Positions 26,739 to 38,648 of a DNA stretch of 64,000 nt are shown here, piece by piece. The position numbers and the translations under genes are program-made. Within the stretch, counting starts at the first letter, position 1. Every line of letters begins with the position of its first letter. The stretch spans positions 21,215,964 to 21,279,963 of the forward strand of contig JAUZTB010000068.1 of the NCBI GenBank assembly GCA_034780895.1, read 5' to 3'. The notes under the pieces were generated by a model. The model was given only the letters and a program-made list of their open reading frames with translations, made no database searches and had not been told where the DNA came from. The stretch is from Rhynchobatus australiae. Its lineage: Eukaryota.

Positions 26739-27649
26739 CTAGCAGAAAGGAGAAGCAGCAGGATACATTAAAGAAACAAAGCAGACAAACAGCTGTACAT
26801 ACAAGGAGACGGATGGAAATGACGCAGAACTGCAATCAGAACAGGTAGGGCAAGAAAAGAAAAATCACACCGAGCAAAATCACTCTGAACCTTAATTATA
26901 ATCATCATCGCTTGTTATAGTTTCATAGTTATTTTTAAATAGTATGTAAGTGCACAGCAGCAGTGATAAATTAAAGTTAATATGTATGGATATATTTTAT
27001 AAATAATGTATAATTATTTGTTATTATTTCTCAATTAATATGCTAATGTGTTCATTAAAAACACAAATTCATTTAATTTAAAAATTAAATGTGAACCATT
27101 CACATTAGTGCAAATTGACAGTGCTTTAAAAGGCTGACCAGAACACACATATTTGCACTCAAAACTTTTTAATAAAAGAGACTTAAAAGTTGTTTTGGTG
27201 TATTAACCCTTGACATCATCGGGGGCGGGGGGCTCTGAGTTTGATTTGTGGTGCGGACAAGTGGGAAAGAATAGAGGAAGTAATATTTAGCAACACTCAG
27301 TTTTGTCCCTGAACCTAATTGTCTCCTATGTAACGATTTTAATGTACTGTTTATATTCAGCATGCCACATAAACAGCAATTATTTATTTTTAGACTTTTG
27401 TTCTCAGCCTCATCGATGCCATGAAGCAAAGCATTCCATGACCGAACAGTTAATTGCGCATGGATGTTTTTTGACTCCATCTCCTCATTTTCAGCAAGGA
27501 TTTTATACTGCTACCCAGAGGAAACAGATTTGCCTCAAAATTGTATACAATTTGAAAAATTCTTGTCAAGTCTTTTCTTTGCCTTCTCCACTCAAGAGGA
27601 GATGGCTCACTTGTTCTTGTTAGAATTATAATTTATCATCCCAGATATC

Positions 27650-27955
27650 CCTGGCACCAATGCTCAATACAAGAGGGCATGGCTTTAAGGTAATGGGTGG
27701 GAAGTTCAAGGGAGATATCAGAAGAAGGTTTTTTACCCAGAGAGTGGTTGGGCCATGGAATGTGCTGCCTGGGGCGGTGGTGGAGTCAGGTTCATTGGTC
27801 ATATTCAAGAGATTGCTAGATAAGCAAATGGAGGAATTTAAAATAGAGGGATGTATGGGAGGAAAGGGTTAGATAGTCTTAGGCGAGGTTTAAAGGTCGG
27901 CACAACATTGTGGGCCGAAGGGCCTGTATAGTGCTGCACTGTTCTATATTCTACG
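27650..27955 (+). mobile_element. CR1 LINE 3' end, relatively intact
   Basis: TRGHGFKVMGGKFKGDIRRRFFTQRVVGPWNVLP, then the tail gggccgaagggcctgt...ttctatattcta. Confidence 0.9.
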
Positions 27956-28112
27956 ATTAACTTCCTCTTGCCTGTAATGTTTCTTTATCAGTGCTAGAGT
28001 CACAATGGAGTGNNNNNNNNNNNNNNNNNNNNNNNNNNNNNNNNNNNNNNNNNNNNNNNNNNNNNNNNNNNNNNNNNNNNNNNNNNNNNNNNNNNNNNNN
28101 NNNNNNNNNNNN

Positions 28113-28215
28113 TGACTGTCCATTTCCCTCCACAGATGCTGCCTGACCCACTGAGTTCCTCAACACCTTTGTGTGCTGCTCTAGATTTCCAGCAGTCTCT
28201 TGTTTCTCTGTCAAT
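28113..28215 (+). mobile_element. Penelope-type terminal-repeat remnant
   Basis: cacagatgctgcctgacccactgagttcctc...ctagatttccagca. Confidence 0.6.
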
Positions 28216-29424
28216 TATCTATTAGAAGATATTAATAAATTGTGTCTCTATCGCTCACAAAGACCATTAAATGAAGCTGTACTATATCTATTTAATGAAA
28301 TAAATTAACTATTTATTTCTGCTTTGAATTATAGGAGATTACTTTGCTCAGCTGAAAAGGATTATTCTTATCCAGACATCTCTGAAACCTCAAGACTATT
28401 TCCAATTCAATATTTGTTGAACAATTTATTTTTTAAAAGGAAGATAACTGGCAATATTATGAGGAACAGACTTTACAAAACCGCTGAAGTTAAATTCCAA
28501 GAATACCAACTTCAGTTCTCATCTAATGGAAGTTAAATCTTGCTTAAAGTATTCATGACCTATTGAGCTTCTCCATAATTTATACTTAACAGCCTGCTCT
28601 GATCTACGTGTTCTGATTTGGACATATAATAATGCAAGTCAAACTGAGAAAGGAAAAGATGAGGAGAGAAATTAGTTGTCCACACTGGCCTGGGTTCATT
28701 AAGGTTGAATAGGAGAGGATTAAAGCACTTTACAAAGCATATTTGTCAAAGCAATCTTGAAGAGTGGCAGATAAAAGAAATGTAGGGTAGCAGCTAGTTA
28801 ACTTTTTTATCTTGCAAGGTACTAAAAATTGTAGGGAAATTATGTCATATATTTTGAGTTATTGGAATGTATTGAATAGCTGCAAAATCATCTCTATCCT
28901 GCCGTAAGGTAAATGGCACTGGTTCCATTAAAGAAAAAATTTGAAAGTAGTATTAATTATTTTAAAATATTGCTGCTGTAAGATGTTATGTACCAAATTC
29001 ATGATTAAAGTACTGAAAACATTTGGCAATAACTTAGAATATTTCATTTAAATTCTGTATATATCTTCAAGACTTTAAGGAGAGAGACTAGAAGGTTGAA
29101 AAAATGTCTGGATTAATAGTGGACAAAATCATGGAAACAAAGGATACAAATATCATAGCCACATTTAACCCTTTGAGTGCAGAATTTGTTCAACAGAATC
29201 TTGAAAGCCAGATCTTCCATTTCTATTTAACAGACTTAATCTGAAAATACTGCTCTTGTGCAAAATTGCACTTGAAAGCAGGAACAAACTAAATAATCTG
29301 TACTTTCTCATGCAATTTATTTTCTGTGGATAATTAGCCCTTAAAGGGTTAAACAAACAACAATAAACAAATAATTGTGATGAAGCACACAATACTGCAA
29401 TAAGCTGTAGCCAAACATTTATAT

Positions 29425-30560
29425 GAACATAAGAAACTGAAGCAGGAGCAGGTCATTCAACTTCTTGCAACCTGCTCCACAATTCAATAAGATCATGGCT
29501 GACTTTGTACCTCAGTACCATCTTCCTGCATAGGTTGCATATTCTACAATTCCTTTAATATCTAAGCATATGTTTTGAATATGCTCAGTGACTCAGCCTT
29601 GACTACAGGATTTCAAAGATTTACTTCTCGCTGGATGAAGAAACTTCTTCAGTACTGATGGGCAACCCCAGCTGAGACTGATAGCCAGAGGAAACTCCAT
29701 CACTGCATTAGCTACGTCAAGCCCCATAAGAATTTTGGACATTTCAATGAGATTAGCTGTCATTCTTCTAAACCCAAGAAAATATAAGCTCAGTCTGTTA
29801 ACTTTCTTCTCATAAGACAACTCCCGTGTCCCAGGAATCAAACTAGTTAACCTTTGTTGCACTTCCCCTTATCGCAAGTTAGTCCTTCCTTATGCAGGGA
29901 GAGAGATTTGTACATAATTTCCCATCAAGGCCCTACATAATTGCAGTAAAATGTCTTTACTCTTGCGCTCAATTCCTCTTTCAATAAAGGCCAAAATACG
30001 ATTTGCCTTCCGAACTAATTGCTGTACTTGCACATTCACCATCAGTGATCTGTGTATAATACCGTGGTCCTGCTGGGCACCGACTTTCAAACTCTGATCA
30101 TTTAAAAAATATTCTGTCCTTCTATTCTTTTCAACCAAAGTGATTGACTTCACATTTTTCCACACAGTATTCTATCTGTCAAGTCCCTATCCATTCACTG
30201 AGTCTGATTATATAGTATGCCCTGGTGCATCTGGATCCTCCTTGAAAATCTCCAGAAAATTTGTCAATCTATGTTGGTTTTGGCCAATCCTATGTACATT
30301 CTCTAAATGCCTGCTACCACTTCTTGAATAAAGGATTTGAGCATTTTCTTTACTACTGATGTCAGGCTAATTGGTCTGTAGATTGCCATTTCCCCCTCTC
30401 CTATCTAGTGGGGTTACATTTGTTACCTTCCAGTTGGTGAGCACCTTCCTAGAATCTATGAAATTATAGAAGATAATTTCTACTGTTTCCACTATCTCCA
30501 TACCTTCCTCTTCAAAAATTTCAAAATGAAGGTCATCAGATTGTGGGGAATTTAACAGGT
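29425..30560 (-). mobile_element. CR1 LINE, internally deleted and decayed
   Basis: WKVTNVTPL, KANRILAFIERGIERKSKDILLQL and QQRLTSLIPG motifs. Confidence 0.85.
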
Positions 30561-30821
30561 TATTTGGGGTCAAGGCTACCAGTTACTGATATATGAACCA
30601 AGAGATGGGATCATGTAAACCATCTCATTTATACAAATAAAACACCCACAAACATGGTAAACTGAATATATATAAATATTTGGTAGCTTATAAATACTAG
30701 GCCACAGAAAACTAGTATTTGATCAACTGCTTTCAAACATTCTTAAGTGTGCAAATGTGTACAGGAGTTTAAAGCAGAGTGAAACCATATATGGTAAAAA
30801 TCCACCACCATCTTTTGATTT

Positions 30822-30935
30822 TTAAGTGACTATTACCTCTCAATTAAAACTGACAACACTACAAGGATATTTTTGTGTTATGACTTAAGTCCTTGATTGA
30901 CTATAAGTTTTAATTGAGAGGCAATAGTCGCTTAA
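30822..30935. repeat. Inverted repeat with 30-nt arms (28/30 complementary) and a 54-nt spacer, TTAA at both ends
   Basis: ttaagtgactattacctctcaattaaaact (30822-30851) pairs with agttttaattgagaggcaatagtcgcttaa (30906-30935). Confidence 0.85.
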
Positions 30936-31056
30936 TATTGACTATTATGATATTGACTCATGATTGAATGAGTTTATATCATAAAATCACCAACTGGTAC
31001 CATTTTCCTGATGGAGAAAGTGTAGTCTAGATTTTTTGTCTGTGATGCTGATAGCC

Positions 31057-31126
31057 ATTTGTAAAGATGTGACCTAGTTTTAACTGAGCAATTTAGTCAG
31101 TTAAGCTCGATCACATCTTTACAAAT
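31057..31126. repeat. 70-nt hairpin-forming inverted repeat
   Basis: 16-bp perfect stem atttgtaaagatgtga/tcacatctttacaaat, then an 8-bp stem ttaactga/tcagttaa and a 9-nt loop. Confidence 0.85.
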
Positions 31127-32458
31127 AATGTTACTGATTTCAATTGTATGCCCATTCAGGAAAAAACAATACACTGAATAATTTTCAAAACTATTTCACA
31201 GCTTTAAACAAGAATTAGATAACCATGCAAGCACAGGAAACATTAAATCAGGTAGATTTAATTTCTACTATAGACCTTCTATTTGTTAGAAGATATTGGT
31301 TAGATTCTGTTGTTCCTCCAGTTTATGGAAACACCATCATTTGGGGCATCTTATGTAATATACATTACATTCTGCAAATCAGCATAGGGTTAATGTGCTA
31401 TCCAGCAAGGAAACCAAAACACAAATATGAAACAGATTTTGAATGTTTGCAACATGTAGCATGCAAATATCTAAGTTTACCCAGGCCATTGCTGTAATGG
31501 TCAGTGAATTCACACTATAATACTACTAGAATGCTGATTCACATGCACAGAAAAATTAAACTTCAAAATTATCACATGCATAAACAAATTATTTTGTTGT
31601 TATTTTTCTTGGAGTTTGGCAAAGGTGTCTCTGGTTGCAATGGGAATTGATATTCGCACCAACTAACAGAGGACCATTCTCCAAGGATGCAAGGAAAACT
31701 GATATCATATCAAAGAAAGCAGGTTATAAGGTTGCTGGAAATGGGTTTTAAGAACTCAGAGTATGCCAGGTCAGGAAAAGATCGACATAATCAAGTCTTG
31801 AAGACTTGAAGAAAGATTTCATCAATGGATGGATTGAGGTAGGAGCAGAGGTGGAGCTTAGTTGGGAGCTGGCAATATTTATTGTGAAAGATATGAGAAG
31901 TTAGTTTAGGGTCAAACATATTCTGCTTGTGCATTTATCGAGCTGTTATATAGCACATGGGGCAACATTTCCCTCTGATTATCGACAATCATGCCAGAAT
32001 ACAGTAGTTTACAGTATCTATATTAATCAAGTTATTATTGACAATGATGGACTAGAAGATAACGTGAGGGGTTTTCTTCTCTTCCCCAGATATCTTCATA
32101 TTATAATCCATGTCTGACTGAAGAACAAGCAATCTATTCCCAAGCCATCACCAAAGTCACTAAGTGCAGACCCATACAATTCTCAGAGGAGCAATCAATG
32201 AATAATAAATAGTAAGGAGGTAAGTCAACTTCCAGTCCAGATTTCTGCAACTCATGGGCCATACAGAATATAATTTGCACAATCCCACTCTGCAGATATT
32301 ATTGCTACAATAAACATCTTACAGCTCCTCTTCATGTTTGCTTTGCAGTATTCAATATCTGTACTAGTCAATTTCACTTGCATCAGTTTTAGAACATCTG
32401 GATACACAACTCACATGGTTAAACCAATGAACAAACATGCATATTAAATTCAACCTAC

Positions 32459-32665
32459 CTGTTGTGACCTCTGAATGGCAGCATCTATTGCTTCAACCTT
32501 CTGTGTCACAGTGTCACTGACCGTTCTGTATCGTTCATTGGCTTCTGCCACTTGTCGATCCAGACCCTCTCGTGCTCTCCATGGCACCAACTCCAGTAAT
32601 GCATTGCTCACTTCATTAATTGTGTCCAGGACCAGCCTGTATTCCATTACTTCTTTCTTCAGCTC
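32459..32665 (-). CDS. MACF1: MACF1 exon ([14 protein letters not shown]...IQRSQQ), 207 nt
   Basis: cag|GAG and CAG|gtaggt; contains [13 protein letters not shown]. Confidence 0.93.
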
Positions 32666-33529
32666 CTGAACATTAAGTTTGTTAATCAGTTCAACAGAAC
32701 ATCATCTGCATTATTTAACTAAACACATCAGATACTTCAGCATAGTGGCAGGGCAATTCTATCAAAATACAGTTTGGCAGAATCAGCATTGTTTATAAAA
32801 AGGAGCAAGTAACAATCTCAGTTTTTGTGATTAACTACTAGATTAGACAAGGGAGAGCAAGAGGATATAGCACATCTAAATTTCAAAAGCCATTACATAA
32901 GGTGGAACATAAAAGGTTGTTACAGAAAAAAGGGTTGGATTCTCATATTATCATGGAGGAGGACTGGTATAAGGAATAAAAGGGTAAAAATGACCCCCAC
33001 CAATAGCGATTTGGCCTTACTGAATTCACAAATCACTACTCAAAAACTAGAGATGCGGAATAAAATCCACTCTCACTGAATTTATGTGAAAAAGTCGTAA
33101 ATAAACAACATTTTTTTTCAAACAATGATGCAAGGCCATTTGGGAAAGTGAGCCAGGAAAAGAATATCAAGACAGGATAAATGAAAAATATCACGGGCAA
33201 ATGGATTATGGGAAGGTTTTGAAGGATAAACCGAGGGAGTCAGTGAGATAAAGAAGACCAGGTTGGAAGTAAATTGACGCATCTGTAAGTCTTGAGGCCA
33301 AAAATATCTGACCTCTGCTCCAATAAACAGAGGTGTAGTTTAAAAGAAAGGGAGGAATGGCTGGAATTAGAGATTAGTTGAATTAAAATTAGCAAGCAAA
33401 GGCTCACCNNNNNNNNNNNNNNNNNNNNNNNNNNNNNNNNNNNNNNNNNNNNNNNNNNNNNNNNNNNNNNNNNNNNNNNNNNNNNNNNNNNNNNNNNNNN
33501 NNNNNNNNATGACACATCAACCTTCACTG

Positions 33530-34035
33530 CAAGGGATCTGGAGATCTAGATTAACACCTTCTACATTTGGATGGGCTTTGGATTGAGTACAGTATACAAC
33601 TTGGATATTCTCCCCTTGGAAGCAGCATATTGAGTTTTGGAATTTGGGAGTTGTCTCATGAGGAGCTACTGGAGAACACTTCCACAGGGATTCAGAAAAG
33701 AGGTGCTGTTGTTGAAACAATAAATTTGAAAAGGATTGATGATGAGATGCTGCTTCTGCTGGGCAAATTAGGGTCCTGGATATTTACAACCGAGATGAAG
33801 TGAAATTTCTTTGCTCAAGAGTGGTGCAAATCTTGATGGTTATCAGATGGCTAATGATGCTCTGTAATTGACAGTATTCAAGCCTGAGATCAGCAGATTC
33901 TGAACAGTAAGCGAGTCAAGAGTCACGAGGTAGGTAAGAGGTACTTGAGATACAGAACGCACATTTTTTAATTGAATTGCAGAGCAGGTTTGAGAGGCCC
34001 TTTGACGTACCCCTGCTGTTTCTCATATTCTTTGA
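33530..34035 (+). mobile_element. Highly decayed CR1 3' fragment
   Basis: Residual similarity to the other CR1 tails in the window. Confidence 0.45.
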
Positions 34036-34124
34036 TTACTGGAAAAACACAGTTATATTATCCCATTTTCCTTCCTCTCACAATGTACTTGTGTTGAGTC
34101 TGGATGTCTGACTGTTCTGCTTAC

Positions 34125-34366
34125 CTTCTGTCTCTCATGGAGCTGTGGAATCTGCTCTCCAATTGGTGATTGTGGCGTGCTTGCAGCAAGCTCAGCTTCC
34201 ACTGAATCAAGCCAGCCACAAAGCTCTTCATTGAAGGATTGGAATTTTGTGGCAAGTTGCAGAACCTGCTCTAATGTTTTCAGCGCCCTGGAACTAGAGG
34301 TAGTAATTTCTGCATAACGACTCTTAATACCATCCAATTTCTCCTGAATTAGGATCACCTCTTCAC
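34125..34366 (-). CDS. MACF1: MACF1 exon (GEEVILIQEKLDGIK...HERQK), 242 nt
   Basis: tag|GT (phase 1) and AAG|gtaagc. Confidence 0.93.
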
Positions 34367-36464
34367 CTAAGAAAAGAACATTGTTAAAAAAATACTGTGC
34401 GGTTAACCTCAAAGTAATAGGACCCTGTAAATATTCAATGAAATTAACAAATTATTTAATCAGGTATTAAAAGTTGTCAATACACCTGCATAATACATGC
34501 ATATAACAGGCATATTTCANNNNNNNNNNNNNNNNNNNNNNNNCACAGTAAGGTAGAAAATCACCAACTTGAAACATTGTAAAAACTCAGCAATAAATAG
34601 CTGATCTGAGATTTTTGCCTTACTTGCAGGACTATTATTTTGACCGTTTGCCTAGAAATTAATTTCACGATGTAGCTTCAAATGCACTATGAACTGGGGG
34701 GGAAATGGGGTTAACCCTGCCTTTGAAATTCATTCCACTAACTTCGGTGGAATGAATTTCAGAGCCAGGGTACAACCTACTTTTGCCATGGCACCACACA
34801 TTTAGCACAACCAACAGGGATAAATTACTAAGTATGTATCTCAAAATTAACCAACCACAAAATGGCACGTGTTCTCATTTTGCACATTTGCACTTACAGC
34901 TTTGTATATGCTTTTTCACAAACAGCCATGTTGCTTTGCTGAGCAAAGTCAGGAGAATGCAACTAAATTGCAAGTACCCCAGTGGCGAAGGTCTTATTTA
35001 AATAAAAAATCAGGCAGACTGGAAATTGGTAACAGCATGCAATGTACTATCTTGAACTAATATATTTTCTTATCTTGTTCTTAACCTTTGTGATTGTGCA
35101 TCAAGATTGTGTATGGATAAAAACGAGATTTTTTGGTTCTAAAAATTTGATTTGCTTACCAACTAATCACAATTCAAGCTAAGAAAATTCCACATCATGT
35201 AAGCATTTTTAAGGTTGACAATCAGCAAAACAGTATTCAGTGTACCCATGGAAACTTATGTCAAGAGGATATTAGGGACTGAGGTGATAAAATGCCAAAA
35301 TTAAATATTCCTTACATAATATTTTTGAAATAAGTTCAGAATTATAAATACTAAACCAACGTAAGTTGGCTTTCACTGCATTAAATTGACAGGAAGCCAC
35401 TCATTCAAAAGGAACAAAATGCAAGTTGCTTTGTGGAACTAACTTCAGAAAGCCGTAGATAACTAACGTGGAGACAAGTGACCTGACTGCTGCTGAAGTG
35501 AGAATGCATCTGAAAAAGAGAATTGAACACCTGCTGTTCTTTTTTTGCAAAACCTCTTAAGGAGAGTGGTAACAGTCTTGTATCATATTTGGAAACATTT
35601 CTCAAATTAACACATGCTATTTTCAAGGATCTCATGAAAAAAAGATTGACTGTAAAATCAAATATGTTTCAGACATGTTCTTATTACTGTTGGCATAAGA
35701 TAATAAGGATCTCACTCAATTAAGTACTGCAGGATGGCACAGTGCCTCCCTGCCCCAAAGTTACAACATCCCATTCATACCCACAATCTCTACCAAGTTT
35801 CCAACTAAGCTTCTGCTGTTAAAGGCTGCACTGCAAAGACTAGGGAAGAAGTTTAAAAAAATCAAGTGTTCAATTCTGCCACCTCTTAGCAGCCAGTTCA
35901 AGAGAGAGATGAGAACCAGGCTGCTTGTTTGCAACCTTTGATAGAGATCTTTGATCAATAACATAGAAGTTGCATAAAATCAACATTTATATCCTGCAGG
36001 CAATTATAATTCAGAAATTCTGTTTCGAATTTGATAGAAAAGGTCCAAATGATAAAAAGCTTGAAAAAAGTTAAGATTGGAATGTAATTTCCTTTTTTAA
36101 AAAACCTCTTATTGCCTTGTCGAGCATTAATTGACATGCTTTTAAGGAGTGCATATTTAGCATTCACTACTAAGGACATGAAAGGGATCTGTTCCAACTG
36201 CAACTCTTGATGCCAGGACTGGGCAGATGGTGTCTTTATGTATAGATCACAATGGTTGTTGGACTTCAAGTGACAACACAATGGCAACACAGAATAAATG
36301 AATTAAAAGACTTGAATAAAGTTTACATCCTTGAACAAAGAAAAATCCTTCGCCATTTATTGTACAAGTTCAGTGTTCAGTAACTACAGGCACCATCAAA
36401 ATATATGTAGAAAATAGACACCAAATACTCAAAATAATCGTTGTAAATTTTTCTGAACTGTTAC

Positions 36465-36549
36465 CTGTGGTTTGTTTAAGAAGGGCCTGCCCATTTCTAA
36501 TTGCTTGATCTACATTCTTCTTCCGGGATATAATGTCATCATTCAGAGC
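36465..36549 (-). CDS. MACF1: MACF1 exon (ALNDDIISRKKNVDQAIRNGQALLKQTT), 85 nt
   Basis: tag|GCT and CAG|gtaaca; 85+242 nt = 109 codons. Confidence 0.92.
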
Positions 36550-38321
36550 CTACAAAAAGATCATTGCAGCTGCTTAATAAAAGGATGGTGAGGTTTCTAT
36601 GGAAACATCATTCCTACTTCTCATGGTTCTAACACCAGGGAACTAAAATTGAATTGCAGCCAAAAGAAAGGAAAATTGAAGAGCAGCTGCTTTTACCAGT
36701 GCTGAAAGTACAGTGAGATGAGCAGCCATTCTTAAAACCTCCTCTTATAACACATACTTATACGCCTTCGTCAGCTCTAGTTACATCACTAAATTATTTT
36801 AAGCTAAAATTANNNNNNNNNNNNNNNNNNNNNNNNNNNNNNNNNNNNNNNNNNNNNNNNNNNNNNNNNNNNNNNNNNNNNNNNNNNNNNNNNNNNNNNN
36901 NNNNNNNNNNNNNNNNNNNNNNNNNNNNNNNNNNNNNNNNNNNNNNNNNNNNNNNNNNNNNNNNNNNNNNNNNNNNNNNNNNNNNNNNNNNNNNNNNNNN
37001 NNNNNNNNNNNNNNNNNNNNNNNNNNNNNNNNNNNNNNNNNNNNNNNNNNNNNNNNNNNNNNNNNNNNNNNNNNNNNNNNNNNNNNNNNNNNNNNNNNNN
37101 NNNNNNNNNNNNNNNNNNNNNNNNNNNNNNNNNNNNNNNNNNNNNNNNNNNNNNNNNNNNNNNNNNNNNNNNNNNNNNNNNNNNNNNNNNNNNNNNNNNN
37201 NNNNNNNNNNNNNNNNNNNNNNNNNNNNNNNNNNNNNNNNNNNNNNNNNNNNNNNNNNNNNNNNNNNNNNNNNNNNNNNNTACCTAACTATATTTGAATT
37301 TTTTGCTACCACATTAGTCTGACAACACTTCAGTGTATTTTATCTCATTTTAAAGTATTTAAGAATAGCACAGTGTGTCAAGACATATTGAGACATCTGG
37401 TACTGCAGATGAGGAAGAAAACTGAAGGAAAACATTCTGATTTGTAAAACAAAGAGACAATGGCCTAGAAATTCAGTCGTTCACAAAGGCAAGTAGGAGA
37501 ACAGGAAGGGACCCAGGTGTTACGGGGTAGATGGCCCGGGATGGGGTGGGGGAATCTACATTTAAGAGGGGCAGGGGGAAAGAGAGTTATAGACTGGAAG
37601 ATGCAGGTAAAGTTATAGAATGGAAATGACAGGCAGGAGATGAGACTTGTATGATAGTGAGTGATGGGTTGGGGCCATGATCAGTGGTTGACAGGTGGTG
37701 GAGTCAATGAGTCAGGGTCTTGTAATTTGTGGTCAGAAGGGCTTATGGGGTGAGTTGGTGGGTAGTGGGGATGGGCTTGGTTCTAGTGACTGGGACTGGA
37801 AATTGGAAGGTTCCAAGCACCAGTCTCAGACCACACTCAGGCAGGAATTCTTTAAATTACCCTGCTGCAGAACAACTTGGTTGGACTGAGACTGCTAACA
37901 TTGCTTAGCAATGCTCTCACGTATATGTCCGATTTGCAAAATGCTCAAACCCTGCAACTGTTATTTACAATTGAATGTACCCTCCTAAAATTTCTGTTGT
38001 GGTATGAATTTACTGAGGAATCATTATAACTATTGTTCTATACAGTTGAATTTTTGGGCCATTATTTTTAAGAATGTTTAAAGAAAGTTGGTTCTCAGCA
38101 AGTTAGTTTGGAAAAGGTTACTTTAATTGCACCTTTTATACTCCTTGGAGACAGCCTTGGAACATGTGCTAAAATTCAACCAAAAACTATAACTGAAACA
38201 ATATGAAGAAACTCAAATCAAACTAAGTGAAAATCAATGGAACATAAAATTAGAGAAGCATAGATTAGATTAAATAAATTAATACAACAGATGGAAAAAA
38301 AACACATAATAAATGAAATAC

Positions 38322-38648
38322 CAGCTGCTCTTTGTGCTGTTTAAGCAGGATGTCAGATTTGTAATCTTTGATGGTCACCAGACTTAGTTTGTCCTGAACG
38401 TCAGCCAGCCAATTCAACACCTCCACCTCCTCCTCTCCAAAGATCTTGGCATTGGCAAGGGCTTGCTGGAGCAGGACTGCCTTTCGGCTGCACTTGTCCC
38501 TAATCTCCCTATACCGAGTCTGGATAGACTCCAACTTGTCCGCTACCATTTCCTGGTCTGGTTTTGCACTTAATGTCATGAGAAACTGGCCGACATCGAC
38601 TGCCTGTTGCACGCTCTCCCTTTGGTTTGTGACGTCATCCTCTAATGC
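38322..38648 (-). CDS. MACF1: MACF1 327-nt exon, one spectrin-repeat unit (ALEDDVTNQ...HKEQL)
   Basis: cag|GCA and CTG|gtattt; phase 0/0, 109 codons. Confidence 0.92.

Noticed and set aside
36794-37312. Long ORFs in the track that span N runs (also 8479-9403 and 43423-44123)
   Set aside because: Their length comes from translated Ns.
37500-37810. G-rich tract with G-quadruplex potential
   Set aside because: Low-complexity sequence with no clear periodicity or other supporting signal.
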